Positions 39,359 through 48,858 of a stretch of 64,000 nucleotides of DNA are shown here, one piece after another (positions within the stretch are counted from its first letter, which is position 1; every line of letters starts with the position of its first letter). The notes under the pieces were generated by a model that worked only from the letters and a program-made list of their open reading frames with translations, was not told the DNA's origin and searched no databases. The position numbers and the translations under genes were made by a program. The stretch lies in IMG/VR virus record IMGVR_UViG_3300021961_000023; one strand, 5' to 3'. This DNA is from a virus.

Positions 39359-40204
39359 ATGAAATCTTTGAAAACACCATTGCGTTACCCTGGAGGTAAG
39401 TCTCGTGCTTGTGAAAAGATGGGACCTTACTTTCCAGACCTTCGTAACTATGATGAGTTCCGAGAACCATTTCTTGGTGGTGGAAGTGTTGCGATTTATA
39501 TCACAAAGAAGTATCCTTTCCTAGATATTTGGGTGAATGATCTTTATGAACCACTGGTAAACTTCTGGCAACAACTCCAGATGTTTGGCACAGATCTTAA
39601 AGATAAACTTGTAGATCTTAAGACAGATAATAATACTCCAGTCCTGGCAAAAGAACTTTTTCTTAAAGCAAAGGAGCAAGTTAATGACAAAGATTTGCCA
39701 AGCATTGATCGTGCTGTGGCTTTCTATGTTGTCAATAAGTGCAGTTTCTCTGGTCTTACAGAGAGTTCATCATTTTCACCACAAGCATCTAACTCCAACT
39801 TTAGTTTGCGAGGGATCGAAAAACTGCCTTCGTATTCTACGCTGATTAAAAAATGGCGTATAACTAACTATTCCTACGATTATCTCATGGATGGAAACAA
39901 GGGTGCTTTTATGTATCTCGATCCTCCTTATGACATTAAGGATAATCTCTATGGGAACAAGGGATCAATGCACAAAAGATTTGATCACGATAAGTTTGCT
40001 GCTGACTGCGATGCTAACGATATGGACCAGTTGGTAAGTTATAACTCTGATCAACTTGTAAAAAATCGTTTTCTTGGTGGGAAATGGAACGCTGTCGAGT
40101 TTGATTTAACTTATACGATGCGTTCAGTTGGTGAATATATGCGTGAGCAAAAACAACGTAAAGAACTTCTACTTTTTAATTATGGACTTGAAGGATTGGC
40201 TTAA
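39359..40204 (+). CDS. dam: DNA adenine methyltransferase (Dam/D12 class)
   Basis: LRYPGGKS, EPFLGGGSV and YLDPPY motifs. Confidence 0.9.
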   Translation: MKSLKTPLRYPGGKSRACEKMGPYFPDLRNYDEFREPFLGGGSVAIYITKKYPFLDIWVNDLYEPLVNFWQQLQMFGTDLKDKLVDLKTDNNTPVLAKELFLKAKEQVNDKDLPSIDRAVAFYVVNKCSFSGLTESSSFSPQASNSNFSLRGIEKLPSYSTLIKKWRITNYSYDYLMDGNKGAFMYLDPPYDIKDNLYGNKGSMHKRFDHDKFAADCDANDMDQLVSYNSDQLVKNRFLGGKWNAVEFDLTYTMRSVGEYMREQKQRKELLLFNYGLEGLA

Positions 40205-40562
40205 CTCTATCAATCACACAAAGCAAAATCTGATTGAAGAAGATCCCACATTAATCAAACAATATCCACCCTTTATTGTTAATAAATGCCTATCTGGATT
40301 TGTTGATACAGTTCTTTATGCGAATGAAATGAATAAGTATCATTTCTTAGATAAAGATATGCAATATTCTTTTTTGCTAAATAGTCTGAGGAAGCGTAAG
40401 AGATTTTCTCCTTGGCTCCGAAAAGATAAAATTGAAGATCTTGAAAGTATCAAAACTTACTATGGATATAGTAATGAAAAGGCACTACAAGTTCTAGAAA
40501 TCTTATCTCGTCAACAAATCGATTTTATTAAGAAAAAACTTGACATTGGTGGAAAAAAATGA
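40182..40562 (+). CDS. gp62: Clamp loader small subunit gp62
   Basis: MDLKDWLNSIN, YPPFIVNKCLS, RKRKRFSPW and YYGYSNEKA motifs. Confidence 0.9.
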   Translation: MDLKDWLNSINHTKQNLIEEDPTLIKQYPPFIVNKCLSGFVDTVLYANEMNKYHFLDKDMQYSFLLNSLRKRKRFSPWLRKDKIEDLESIKTYYGYSNEKALQVLEILSRQQIDFIKKKLDIGGKK

Positions 40563-40993
40563 CTAGCTCTATTGAACCTCAGGTCGATTGGTCTCCTGAA
40601 CTTATGGTTGAGGTGAATCTGAACGAACCTGATGATTTCCTTAAAATTCGTGAGACTCTTACTAGAATCGGAGTCGCATCAAGAAAGGAGAAAAAACTCT
40701 ATCAATCCTGCCACATTCTACACAAGCAGGGTAGATATTATATTGTTCACTTTAAAGAACTGTTTGCCTTGGATGGTAAACATGCAAATCTGACTGTGAA
40801 TGACGTTCAAAGACGTAATCGTATCACTCGTCTCCTTGTTGATTGGGGACTGATTAGTGTTACTTCTGAAGAATCTATTATGGATATCGCACCACTTAAT
40901 CAGATTAAAGTTCTTTCCTATAAAGATAAGGGTGATTGGATTCTGGAACCGAAATACAATATTGGTAAGAAGACTAAAAAGGTTGACGAGTAA
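40559..40993 (+). CDS. regA: Translational repressor RegA
   Basis: DDFLKIRETLTRIG and LYQSCHILHKQGRYYIVHFKELF motifs. Confidence 0.96.
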   Translation: MTSSIEPQVDWSPELMVEVNLNEPDDFLKIRETLTRIGVASRKEKKLYQSCHILHKQGRYYIVHFKELFALDGKHANLTVNDVQRRNRITRLLVDWGLISVTSEESIMDIAPLNQIKVLSYKDKGDWILEPKYNIGKKTKKVDE

Positions 40994-41008
40994 ACCGAAT
41001 AATAAAGT

Positions 41009-41033
41009 AGGGAGTTCAACACTCCCTTTTTTT
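41009..41033 (+). terminator. Terminator after regA
   Basis: AGGGAGT-TCAAC-ACTCCCT followed by a T-tract. Confidence 0.8.
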
Positions 41034-41109
41034 ATGTTTGTTGTATAATTAGTAGTGGATGCCGTAAGGGTCCACACAACACAAACTCGCTTTTAAAGGA
41101 GCTACTATA

Positions 41110-41544
41110 ATGACTAACCTCACAAGGTATACTGCTGCGGATCTTCCTACTCTAATGGAAAAGATCACACGCAACTCTATTGGAATGGATGAATATTTTG
41201 ACCGTCTGTTTCATCTACATGAAACAACTTCCAATTATCCCCCATACAACCTTGTTCAAGTAAGTAACGTAGAATCGAGACTTGAACTAGCACTTGCTGG
41301 ATTTAAAAAGAAGGAGGTCTATGTCTATACACAAGATGGGAAACTATTTGTCGAAGGACAAAAAGAGGATAAGGAATCCGACACCAACTACCTCCATAAG
41401 GGATTGGCTCAACGATCTTTCAAGAGAGCATGGACAATGGCAGACGATACAGAAGTCACAGATGTATCCTTTGAAGATGGACTCCTCTCTATCATCATAA
41501 GGAAGATTGTTCCAGAACATCACAAACGCAAAGATTACCTATAA
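41110..41544 (+). CDS. hsp20: Small heat-shock protein Hsp20
   Basis: NYPPYN, LALAGF, YLHKGLAQRSF and DGLL motifs. Confidence 0.93.
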   Translation: MTNLTRYTAADLPTLMEKITRNSIGMDEYFDRLFHLHETTSNYPPYNLVQVSNVESRLELALAGFKKKEVYVYTQDGKLFVEGQKEDKESDTNYLHKGLAQRSFKRAWTMADDTEVTDVSFEDGLLSIIIRKIVPEHHKRKDYL

Positions 41545-41575
41545 ATATATTTGAATATCGTCGGCGCAATGCCAC

Positions 41576-41628
41576 AGAGGGGTAACTGGCAAAATCCAGT
41601 TGACACCCCTCTTTTTTCTTGCTATGAT
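41576..41628 (+). promoter_or_regulatory. Terminator hairpin overlapping a sigma70 promoter for the g43 operon
   Basis: AGAGGGGT/ACCCCTCT stem plus T-tract; TTGACA(41600)-N17-TATGAT(41623). Confidence 0.75.
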
Positions 41629-41648
41629 ATCTGAAGGAGGATTATGCT

Positions 41649-41900
41649 ATGGACCCAAACTTGTTGATTTTTGAGAACGGACTTGTTCTCTTGGCTAGGT
41701 TAGAAGAGACTGGTGCAGATCTCGGAGAACCAGATTGTAAGATTGTAGAACCTTTTGTAGTTAATCCAAACGGAACTTTAAGTCCGTGGTTGATTGAATA
41801 CACAGTACAGAACACTTTTAAAGTACACTCGGATAAGATTTTAACGATCTCTTCTCCGAATGAAAAACTTCTGCAAACTTATAGGGATTTGACTAAGTGA
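41649..41900 (+). CDS. Conserved hypothetical protein upstream of DNA polymerase
   Basis: LGEPDCK motif; strong SD GGAGG. Confidence 0.7.
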   Translation: MDPNLLIFENGLVLLARLEETGADLGEPDCKIVEPFVVNPNGTLSPWLIEYTVQNTFKVHSDKILTISSPNEKLLQTYRDLTK

Positions 41901-44398
41901 GATTTTATACAAATGTTCAAATGATCGGGAACCAGTTTTTGGTTCGCGGATATGATAATGGTGAACATGTAATGTTTCGGGAAGAATATTCCCCAACATT
42001 GTTTGTACCTTCAAAGAAGAAAACAAAGTATAAAACACTAGAAGGTGATTATGTGGAACCTATTCAACCAGGTTCTGTAAATGATTGTAGAGAGTTCTAT
42101 AAAAAGTATGACGGAGTAGAAGGATTCAAGATATACGGAAACGATAGATACGTTTGTCAGTACATCTCAGACAAATATCCAGATGATGAAATTAAGTTTG
42201 ATATCAACAAAATCAAACTAGTTACTCTGGACATTGAAACTACTTCCGAACAAGGATTTCCCGACATTTCAAATCCAATCGAAGAACTTCTTTTGATTAC
42301 GATTCAGGACTATACTACCAAGCAGATCACTACTTGGGGAGTTGGTCCTTTTCGTGCTAGTCAGAGCAATGTTCGATACATTGAATGTGAGAATGAGAGA
42401 GACTTACTCACTCAGTTTATCAACTGGTGGATGGACACTAACAATACACCAGAAGTATTGACTGGATGGAATATTCAACTATTTGATATTCCTTATATTG
42501 TTCGTCGTCTAGATCGTGTTCTTGGTGAAAAACTGATGAAAAGGTTTTCGCCATGGGGACTTGTATCTGAGAAGGAGATTTATATTTCTGGTCGTAAATA
42601 TATCTCTTATGATGTAGGTGGAATCACTCAACTAGATTATCTTGATCTCTATAAGAAGTTTACTTATACAAACCAAGAATCCTATCGTCTGGATCACATC
42701 GCTAATGTAGAACTTGGTGCTCAAAAACTAGATCACTCTGAGTTTGATACTTTTAAAGAGTTCTATACAAAAGGATGGAAGAAGTTTGTTGAATACAACA
42801 TTGTTGACGTAGAACTCGTTGACAAACTAGAAGATAAGATGAAACTTATTGAGTTGGCGCTCACCATGGCGTATGACGCAAAGGTTAACTATGTTGATGT
42901 GTTTTATCAAGTTCGGATGTGGGATACAATCATTTACAACTATTTGAAGAAAAGGAATATTGTAATCCCACAGAAAAGCAGTTCTCAGAAAGACGCAAAA
43001 TATGCTGGTGCTTATGTTAAGGAACCTATTCCAGGAGTGTATGACTGGGTTGTGTCTTTTGACCTCAACTCGCTATACCCTCACCTCATTATGCAGTACA
43101 ACATCTCACCAGAAACTCTTCTGGAGGAGAGGCATCCAACTGTAACCGTTGATCGTATCTTAAATCAAGAAATCAACTTTGAGTTGTATAAAGATCAAGC
43201 AGTCTGTGCTAACGGAGCAATGTTCCGTAAGGATGTGCGTGGATTCCTACCTGAACTGATGGAGAAAATCTATAAAGATCGCACCATCTATAAAAAGAAG
43301 ATGCTTGCAGCAAAACAGGAATATGAAAAGAAAAAAACGAAAGAACTGGAAAAAGAGATTGCTCGATACAACAACATCCAGATGGCAAGGAAGATTCAAC
43401 TTAACTCTGCTTATGGTGCTATCGGCAATCAGTATTTCCGTTATTACAAACTAGAAAATGCTGAGGCAATCACCTTGTCTGGTCAGGTATCTATCCGTTG
43501 GATTGAGAACAAGATGAATGCCTATTTAAACAAGATTCTCAAAACTGATGGAGTTGATTATGTTATTGCTTCAGATACTGATTCTATCTATCTCAATATG
43601 GGTCCTTTGGTTGAACGTGTATTCTCCGAAAGAGAGAAAACTACTGAAGGCGTTGTTTCGTTCCTTGATAAGGTCTGTCAAGTGGAACTTGAGAAGTATA
43701 TTGAAGGTTGCTACCAAGAACTGGCTGAGTATGTGAATGCTTATGACCAGAAGATGCAGATGAAGCGTGAGAACATTGCTGAACGTGGAATCTGGACCGC
43801 CAAGAAGCGTTACATCTTGAATGTTTGGGATAGTGAAGGCGTTCGCTATGAAGAACCTAAACTCAAGATCATGGGTATTGAGGCAGTCAAATCATCAACT
43901 CCTGCTCCTTGTCGGAAAATGATTAAGGATGCTCTTAAATTGATGATGAATGGGTCTGAAGATGATGTGATTGATTTTATTGATCAAAGTCGTAAAAAGT
44001 TTAAGTCGATGACCCCAGAAGAGATTTCGTTTCCAAGAACATGTTCAAATGTTGGTAAGTATGTTTCTACTTCTAACATTTACCAGAAGGGAACTCCTAT
44101 TCATGTTCGTGGAGCACTTCTTTATAACCACTATCTTAAGCAAAAGAATCTTACCCATAAGTATTCCTTGATTCAAGATGGAGAAAAAGTAAAGTTTTGC
44201 TATCTTAAAAAACCAAACATTATTCATGAAAACATTATCTCTTTCATTCAAGAGTTTCCTAAAGAACTTGGTCTTGACAAATACGTTGACTATGAACTAC
44301 AATTTGACAAAGCATTTTTAGAGCCTCTGAAAATCATTCTTGACGCAATCGGATGGAACGTTGAGAAAACTGTAAACCTTGAACTATTTTTTGTGTAA
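41897..44398 (+). CDS. gp43: Family B DNA polymerase gp43
   Basis: Exo motif LDIET; SFDLNSLYP, KIQLNSAYG, DTDS and KKRY motifs. Confidence 0.98.
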   Translation: MRFYTNVQMIGNQFLVRGYDNGEHVMFREEYSPTLFVPSKKKTKYKTLEGDYVEPIQPGSVNDCREFYKKYDGVEGFKIYGNDRYVCQYISDKYPDDEIKFDINKIKLVTLDIETTSEQGFPDISNPIEELLLITIQDYTTKQITTWGVGPFRASQSNVRYIECENERDLLTQFINWWMDTNNTPEVLTGWNIQLFDIPYIVRRLDRVLGEKLMKRFSPWGLVSEKEIYISGRKYISYDVGGITQLDYLDLYKKFTYTNQESYRLDHIANVELGAQKLDHSEFDTFKEFYTKGWKKFVEYNIVDVELVDKLEDKMKLIELALTMAYDAKVNYVDVFYQVRMWDTIIYNYLKKRNIVIPQKSSSQKDAKYAGAYVKEPIPGVYDWVVSFDLNSLYPHLIMQYNISPETLLEERHPTVTVDRILNQEINFELYKDQAVCANGAMFRKDVRGFLPELMEKIYKDRTIYKKKMLAAKQEYEKKKTKELEKEIARYNNIQMARKIQLNSAYGAIGNQYFRYYKLENAEAITLSGQVSIRWIENKMNAYLNKILKTDGVDYVIASDTDSIYLNMGPLVERVFSEREKTTEGVVSFLDKVCQVELEKYIEGCYQELAEYVNAYDQKMQMKRENIAERGIWTAKKRYILNVWDSEGVRYEEPKLKIMGIEAVKSSTPAPCRKMIKDALKLMMNGSEDDVIDFIDQSRKKFKSMTPEEISFPRTCSNVGKYVSTSNIYQKGTPIHVRGALLYNHYLKQKNLTHKYSLIQDGEKVKFCYLKKPNIIHENIISFIQEFPKELGLDKYVDYELQFDKAFLEPLKIILDAIGWNVEKTVNLELFFV

Positions 44399-45405
44399 TG
44401 GACTTTCTTAAAGATATTGTAAAGGAAATCGGTGATGAGTATGCAGAACTGGCTTCAAACATAGACGAGACTGAAACTTATGTTGATACGGGTTCATACA
44501 TTTTTAATGCACTGGTCTCAGGTAGTGTATTTGGTGGTGTATCTGGGAATAAGATTACTGCTATTGCTGGAGAGTCTTCTACTGGAAAGACTTTTTTCTC
44601 TCTCGCCGTTGTTAAGAACTTTCTTGATTCTAATCCCGATGGTTACTGTCTCTACTTTGACACTGAGGCTGCTGTTACTCGATCCCTTTTAGAATCAAGA
44701 GGCATCGATACAAGCAGATTAGTTATTGTTAAAGTTGTAACAATTGAAGAGTTTAGAGGCAAAGCCCTTAAAGCAGTTGATATATACCTTAAGGCACCTG
44801 TAGATGAACGCAAACCTTGCATGTTTGTGCTAGATTCCTTGGGTATGCTTTCGACTGATAAAGAGATCACTGACACATTGAATGATAAACAAGTTCGTGA
44901 TATGACCAAATCACAACTTGTCAAAGGTGCATTCCGAATGCTAACTTTGAAACTAGGTCAAGCAAATATTCCAATGATTGTTACCAATCACACTTATGAC
45001 GTTATCGGATCTTACGTACCAACTAAAGAAATGGGTGGAGGCAGCGGACTTAAGTACGCAGCGTCTACAATCATATATCTCAGCAAAAAGAAAGAAAAGG
45101 ATGGAACGGAAGTGGTCGGCAATATTATCAAAGCTAAGACTGCTAAATCGCGTTTGAGTAAGGAGAACAAAAATGTTGAGGTCCGTTTGTATTATGATGA
45201 GCGCGGTCTTGATCGTTACTATGGTCTTTTGGAACTTGGTGAGATTGGTGGACTCTGGAAAAATGTAGCAGGTCGTTACGAAATTGATGGTAAAAAAGTA
45301 TATGCTAAACAGATTCTAAAAGAACCTGACGTATACTTCACTGAAGAAGTAATGAAACAACTCGACGACATTGCACGAAAGGAATTTAGTTATGGAGAAA
45401 ATTGA
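44398..45405 (+). CDS. uvsX: RecA-like recombinase UvsX
   Basis: GESSTGKT, YFDTE, LDSLGML and MGGGSG motifs. Confidence 0.94.
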   Translation: MDFLKDIVKEIGDEYAELASNIDETETYVDTGSYIFNALVSGSVFGGVSGNKITAIAGESSTGKTFFSLAVVKNFLDSNPDGYCLYFDTEAAVTRSLLESRGIDTSRLVIVKVVTIEEFRGKALKAVDIYLKAPVDERKPCMFVLDSLGMLSTDKEITDTLNDKQVRDMTKSQLVKGAFRMLTLKLGQANIPMIVTNHTYDVIGSYVPTKEMGGGSGLKYAASTIIYLSKKKEKDGTEVVGNIIKAKTAKSRLSKENKNVEVRLYYDERGLDRYYGLLELGEIGGLWKNVAGRYEIDGKKVYAKQILKEPDVYFTEEVMKQLDDIARKEFSYGEN

Positions 45406-46771
45406 GTTTCTAGTTCTCAGAAACCTTTTATATAATGAAGAATACTTAAGAAAAGTTATCCCTTTTATTAAAAAAGAATACTTTGAAAATACTAATCAAA
45501 GAATTGTATTTGAGGAAATTAGTTCGTTTGTTGAAGAATACAATGAACTTCCAACAAAAGAAGTTCTAAGCATTGAAGTGGAAAAGCGTAAAGATATTAA
45601 CGAACAATCATATAAAGACATTCTGTATTTGATATCATCTCTAGATGATGTAGTAGCAGAGTTTGATTGGGTGGTTAACACCACAGAAAAGTGGTGTAGG
45701 GATCGTGCTATCTACTTGGCATTGATGGATTCTATCCAGATTGCCGATGGACAAGATGCAAAACGAAACCGTGATGCTATTCCAAACATTCTTTCTGATG
45801 CTCTTGCTGTAAGTTTTGACAATCATGTAGGACACGATTATCTTCAGGACTATGAGCAACGTTTCGCGTTATATCACAGAAAAGAGGAAAAAATCCCATT
45901 CGATCTTGACTTCTTTAACAAGATTACAAAGGGTGGTTTGTCTAATAAGACTCTCAACATCGCTCTTGCTGGTACGGGTGTCGGAAAATCTTTATTCATG
46001 TGCCATTTTGCTAGTTCCATCTTACTGCAAGGAAAAAACGTTCTCTATATCACACTTGAAATGGCAGAGGAACGAATTGCAGAAAGAATTGATGCCAACC
46101 TTCTCAATACCAATATTCAGGAGATTACGGAACTACCAAAAGTAATGTTTGAGAATAAGATTATTGGACTCTCAAAGAAAACTCAAGGCACACTTATAAT
46201 TAAGGAATATCCAACGGCATCTGCACATGCTGGACATTTTAAGTCACTTCTTAATGAACTTGCACTTAAGAAGTCATTTAAGCCTGATATTATCTTCATT
46301 GATTATCTCAATATTTGTGCTTCCTCTCGGTATCGCGGAAATAGCAATATCAACTCTTATACTTTCGTCAAAGCAATCGCAGAAGAACTTAGAGGATTGG
46401 CAGTCGAATTCAATGTTCCCATCGTTTCTGCTACCCAAACCACTCGTTCAGGTTATGGTAGCTCTGATGTTGAACTTACTGATACTTCTGAATCCTTCGG
46501 TCTCCCTGCTACTGCCGATCTTATGTTTGCTCTTATTAGTACGGAAGATCTGGAACAGTTGGGACAGATTATGGTAAAACAGTTGAAGAATCGATATAAT
46601 GATCCAACCATTAACAAACGATTTGTGATTGGTATTGATCGTGCAAAGATGAGACTTTATGACTGTGAACAATCTGCTCAAAGTGACATACTTGACTCTG
46701 GATCTGAGGACGATTATAATGACGAAGAATCGTCCTCAATGAAAAATAAGTTTGGAGGATTTAAGTTTTAA
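45392..46771 (+). CDS. gp41: Replicative DnaB-like helicase gp41
   Basis: AGTGVGKS, IDYLNI, SATQTTR, SESFGLP and QLKNRY motifs. Confidence 0.96.
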   Translation: MEKIEFLVLRNLLYNEEYLRKVIPFIKKEYFENTNQRIVFEEISSFVEEYNELPTKEVLSIEVEKRKDINEQSYKDILYLISSLDDVVAEFDWVVNTTEKWCRDRAIYLALMDSIQIADGQDAKRNRDAIPNILSDALAVSFDNHVGHDYLQDYEQRFALYHRKEEKIPFDLDFFNKITKGGLSNKTLNIALAGTGVGKSLFMCHFASSILLQGKNVLYITLEMAEERIAERIDANLLNTNIQEITELPKVMFENKIIGLSKKTQGTLIIKEYPTASAHAGHFKSLLNELALKKSFKPDIIFIDYLNICASSRYRGNSNINSYTFVKAIAEELRGLAVEFNVPIVSATQTTRSGYGSSDVELTDTSESFGLPATADLMFALISTEDLEQLGQIMVKQLKNRYNDPTINKRFVIGIDRAKMRLYDCEQSAQSDILDSGSEDDYNDEESSSMKNKFGGFKF

Positions 46772-47244
46772 TGACCATTTCGATTACCAAAAAAACACTA
46801 GAAAACGGATACACTGAATATACTATGACTGAAACTCCAAAGCATGTTAATTTTACTAAGTATGCAGAGTTTGTAGATGAAGTCACTTCTGACGCATCGA
46901 AAGACTTTCTTGCTCTCTCTGATCGTCTAGTTGAGTTGGATGAGAAAGGTGCAAATATTGAACGTCTCTTGACTGCTGCTGTTGGTATTAATGCCGAAGG
47001 CGGTGAGTTTATGGAGATTGTAAAAAAGATGGTCTTCCAAGGCAAACCCTATAATGAAGACAATCGTGAGCACCTGATTATTGAACTTGGTGATATCATG
47101 TGGTATGTTGCACAAGCATGTATTGCACTTAATGTTTCTATTGACGATGTTGTTGCTCGTAACGTAACCAAACTTCTTAAGCGTTACCCTGAGGGCGCAT
47201 TTGATGTTTATTTTTCTGAAAATCGTGCGGAGGATGACCGATGA
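46771..47244 (+). CDS. mazG: MazG-like nucleoside triphosphate pyrophosphohydrolase
   Basis: EGGEFMEIVKK, ELGDIMWY and NVTKLLKRYP motifs. Confidence 0.9.
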   Translation: MTISITKKTLENGYTEYTMTETPKHVNFTKYAEFVDEVTSDASKDFLALSDRLVELDEKGANIERLLTAAVGINAEGGEFMEIVKKMVFQGKPYNEDNREHLIIELGDIMWYVAQACIALNVSIDDVVARNVTKLLKRYPEGAFDVYFSENRAEDDR

Positions 47245-47417
47245 GTAAAGTTACATTAAAAATGGATGTTCGGGCCGCCGCTGCCGTTCGTCAAGTTCTT
47301 TTTGATAGTCAAAAGGGATACACCACAGATTCTGTATCTGTTCCTGAAAGAATCGTAGAAATTCGTGAAGTTATTTCTCAACTTGATAAAGGTATTGAAG
47401 GGATTGTAAATGGATAA
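47241..47417 (+). CDS. Small hypothetical protein (not in the ORF track)
   Basis: 58-aa ORF MSKVTLKMDVRAAAAVRQVLF...; GGAGG upstream; ATGA overlap with mazG. Confidence 0.6.
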   Translation: MSKVTLKMDVRAAAAVRQVLFDSQKGYTTDSVSVPERIVEIREVISQLDKGIEGIVNG

Positions 47418-47622
47418 ACCTATTACTCTTGATGAGTACAAAGAAGTAGCAGAAGAGTTCTTTCCTAAGTATGATTTTGTTGCATCTCGTCTACCTAATG
47501 AAACTAAGACCGAAGACATTCTAAAAGTTATGGAATCTCTTGCTGGTCTTGTTATGAAAAAACGAGCAGAAAAGAAGAAAGTATCTTTGGGATTTAATAA
47601 GGAGAAAGATGGAGGAGACTGA
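47410..47622 (+). CDS. Conserved small hypothetical protein
   Basis: 70-aa ORF overlapping its neighbours. Confidence 0.6.
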   Translation: MDKPITLDEYKEVAEEFFPKYDFVASRLPNETKTEDILKVMESLAGLVMKKRAEKKKVSLGFNKEKDGGD

Positions 47623-47827
47623 GTACGAGTGGATTGATGATTGCTTTCGTGTTTATGAAACTCAATATAAACTGTGGCATAGTGTGACAAAAGAAGGACA
47701 AGAACTTATCACTGCTTTGCATAAAGAATCTTGTATCACTGCGACTCGATTTTATTTGAAAGGGATACAAGAAGGGTGGACAGAAAAATCTTCTAGGTAT
47801 GAAGGAACAGTGGGAGGAAAACTTTAA
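47609..47827 (+). CDS. Conserved small hypothetical protein
   Basis: SD AAGGAG; C-terminal YEGTVGGKL. Confidence 0.6.
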   Translation: MEETEYEWIDDCFRVYETQYKLWHSVTKEGQELITALHKESCITATRFYLKGIQEGWTEKSSRYEGTVGGKL

Positions 47828-47867
47828 TATTCTAAATATACATAGAAGATATTAAAGTTTTAATCTA

Positions 47868-48683
47868 ATGGACTCTAGAGATTTGCGTGCCCTATCAGAA
47901 GCATACGCGAGTGTGTATTCTTCACAAGTTCAAGAAGATGTAGATCAACTTGATGAGATTTCATATGATCTAGCTCTTCGTGCTTCTAAAGCAGCAGATA
48001 TTAAGCGTGGGAAACTTGCTCATGCTGGTGATAATGAAGGTGCTTCACAAAAAGCAGCACAAGCAAAACGTCTTTATCAAGCTCAGGCCAAGAAGAGATT
48101 GAATAGAGAAGAAGTTGATGTATTTGACGCTGTTCTTGAGTTCCTTTGTGTAGAAGGATACGCAGAAACTCTGGAAGAAGCAGAGTGGATGATGGCGAAT
48201 GTGATTGATGAGGAAGCGATTGATATTATTCTTGGTGAAGCAATCACTAGCGAAAAAGGTAAAGCAAAAGCAGCAGAAATGATTGCTAAGCGCACTACTG
48301 CTTCTGGTAAAGCAAAATCAGGAGAGGGTGATACTGTTGCTCAGATCAAACATATTAGTCGTTCTAGTAGAGAAGGTCTTAGTGGAACTCCTGCTACTCG
48401 TTCTACTTCTGGTTCAAACCGTCCAAAATCATATTCTGGAATGAGTGGGACTGGGAACAAGGCAGCAAGAAGAGCGGGTTTAACACCAACCAGAGAAAAA
48501 CCAAATGCTTGGAAAGAAGAATATGTAGATGAAGCACAAGCAGCAAGAGAAAATCCAGAGAAGTATGAAAGAGAGCAGGCAAAGAAATCTGCTCCTGTTC
48601 GTGGAGAAAGAACTCCTATGCCACCAAGAGGTGATAAGCGTAGAGAGGACTTTGAAAAGTGGTATCGTGCTAATGTTCGCTGA
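47868..48683 (+). CDS. Late modular protein, putative internal head protein
   Basis: Late promoter at 47833-47838; LSEAYxxVY N-terminus; EGYA module; basic segments between xxE linkers. Confidence 0.65.
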   Translation: MDSRDLRALSEAYASVYSSQVQEDVDQLDEISYDLALRASKAADIKRGKLAHAGDNEGASQKAAQAKRLYQAQAKKRLNREEVDVFDAVLEFLCVEGYAETLEEAEWMMANVIDEEAIDIILGEAITSEKGKAKAAEMIAKRTTASGKAKSGEGDTVAQIKHISRSSREGLSGTPATRSTSGSNRPKSYSGMSGTGNKAARRAGLTPTREKPNAWKEEYVDEAQAARENPEKYEREQAKKSAPVRGERTPMPPRGDKRREDFEKWYRANVR

Positions 48684-48706
48684 TAAATAAATCGGAAGGT
48701 TGCTCT

Positions 48707-48742
48707 GACCCTCTTGACTTCTAGTTGAGAGGGTCTTATAAT
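48707..48742 (+). promoter_or_regulatory. Hairpin overlapping a sigma70 promoter for the tRNA
   Basis: GACCCTCT...AGAGGGTC stem; TTGACT(48714)-N17-TATAAT(48737). Confidence 0.75.
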
Positions 48743-48751
48743 ATCTTTATT

Positions 48752-48825
48752 GGGGGATTAGCTCAGTTGGTAGTAGCGCATCCTTTGCAAGGATGAAGTC
48801 ATCGGTTCGAGTCCGATATCTTCCA
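48752..48825 (+). tRNA. tRNA-Ala(UGC)
   Basis: Acceptor GGGGGAT/ATCTTCC with G3-U70; anticodon arm CATCC-TTTGCAA-GGATG; T arm ATCGG-TTCGAGT-CCGAT; CCA not encoded. Confidence 0.93.
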
Positions 48826-48858
48826 CTTCTAAATACTTGAAAGAGTATTAGTATATAA

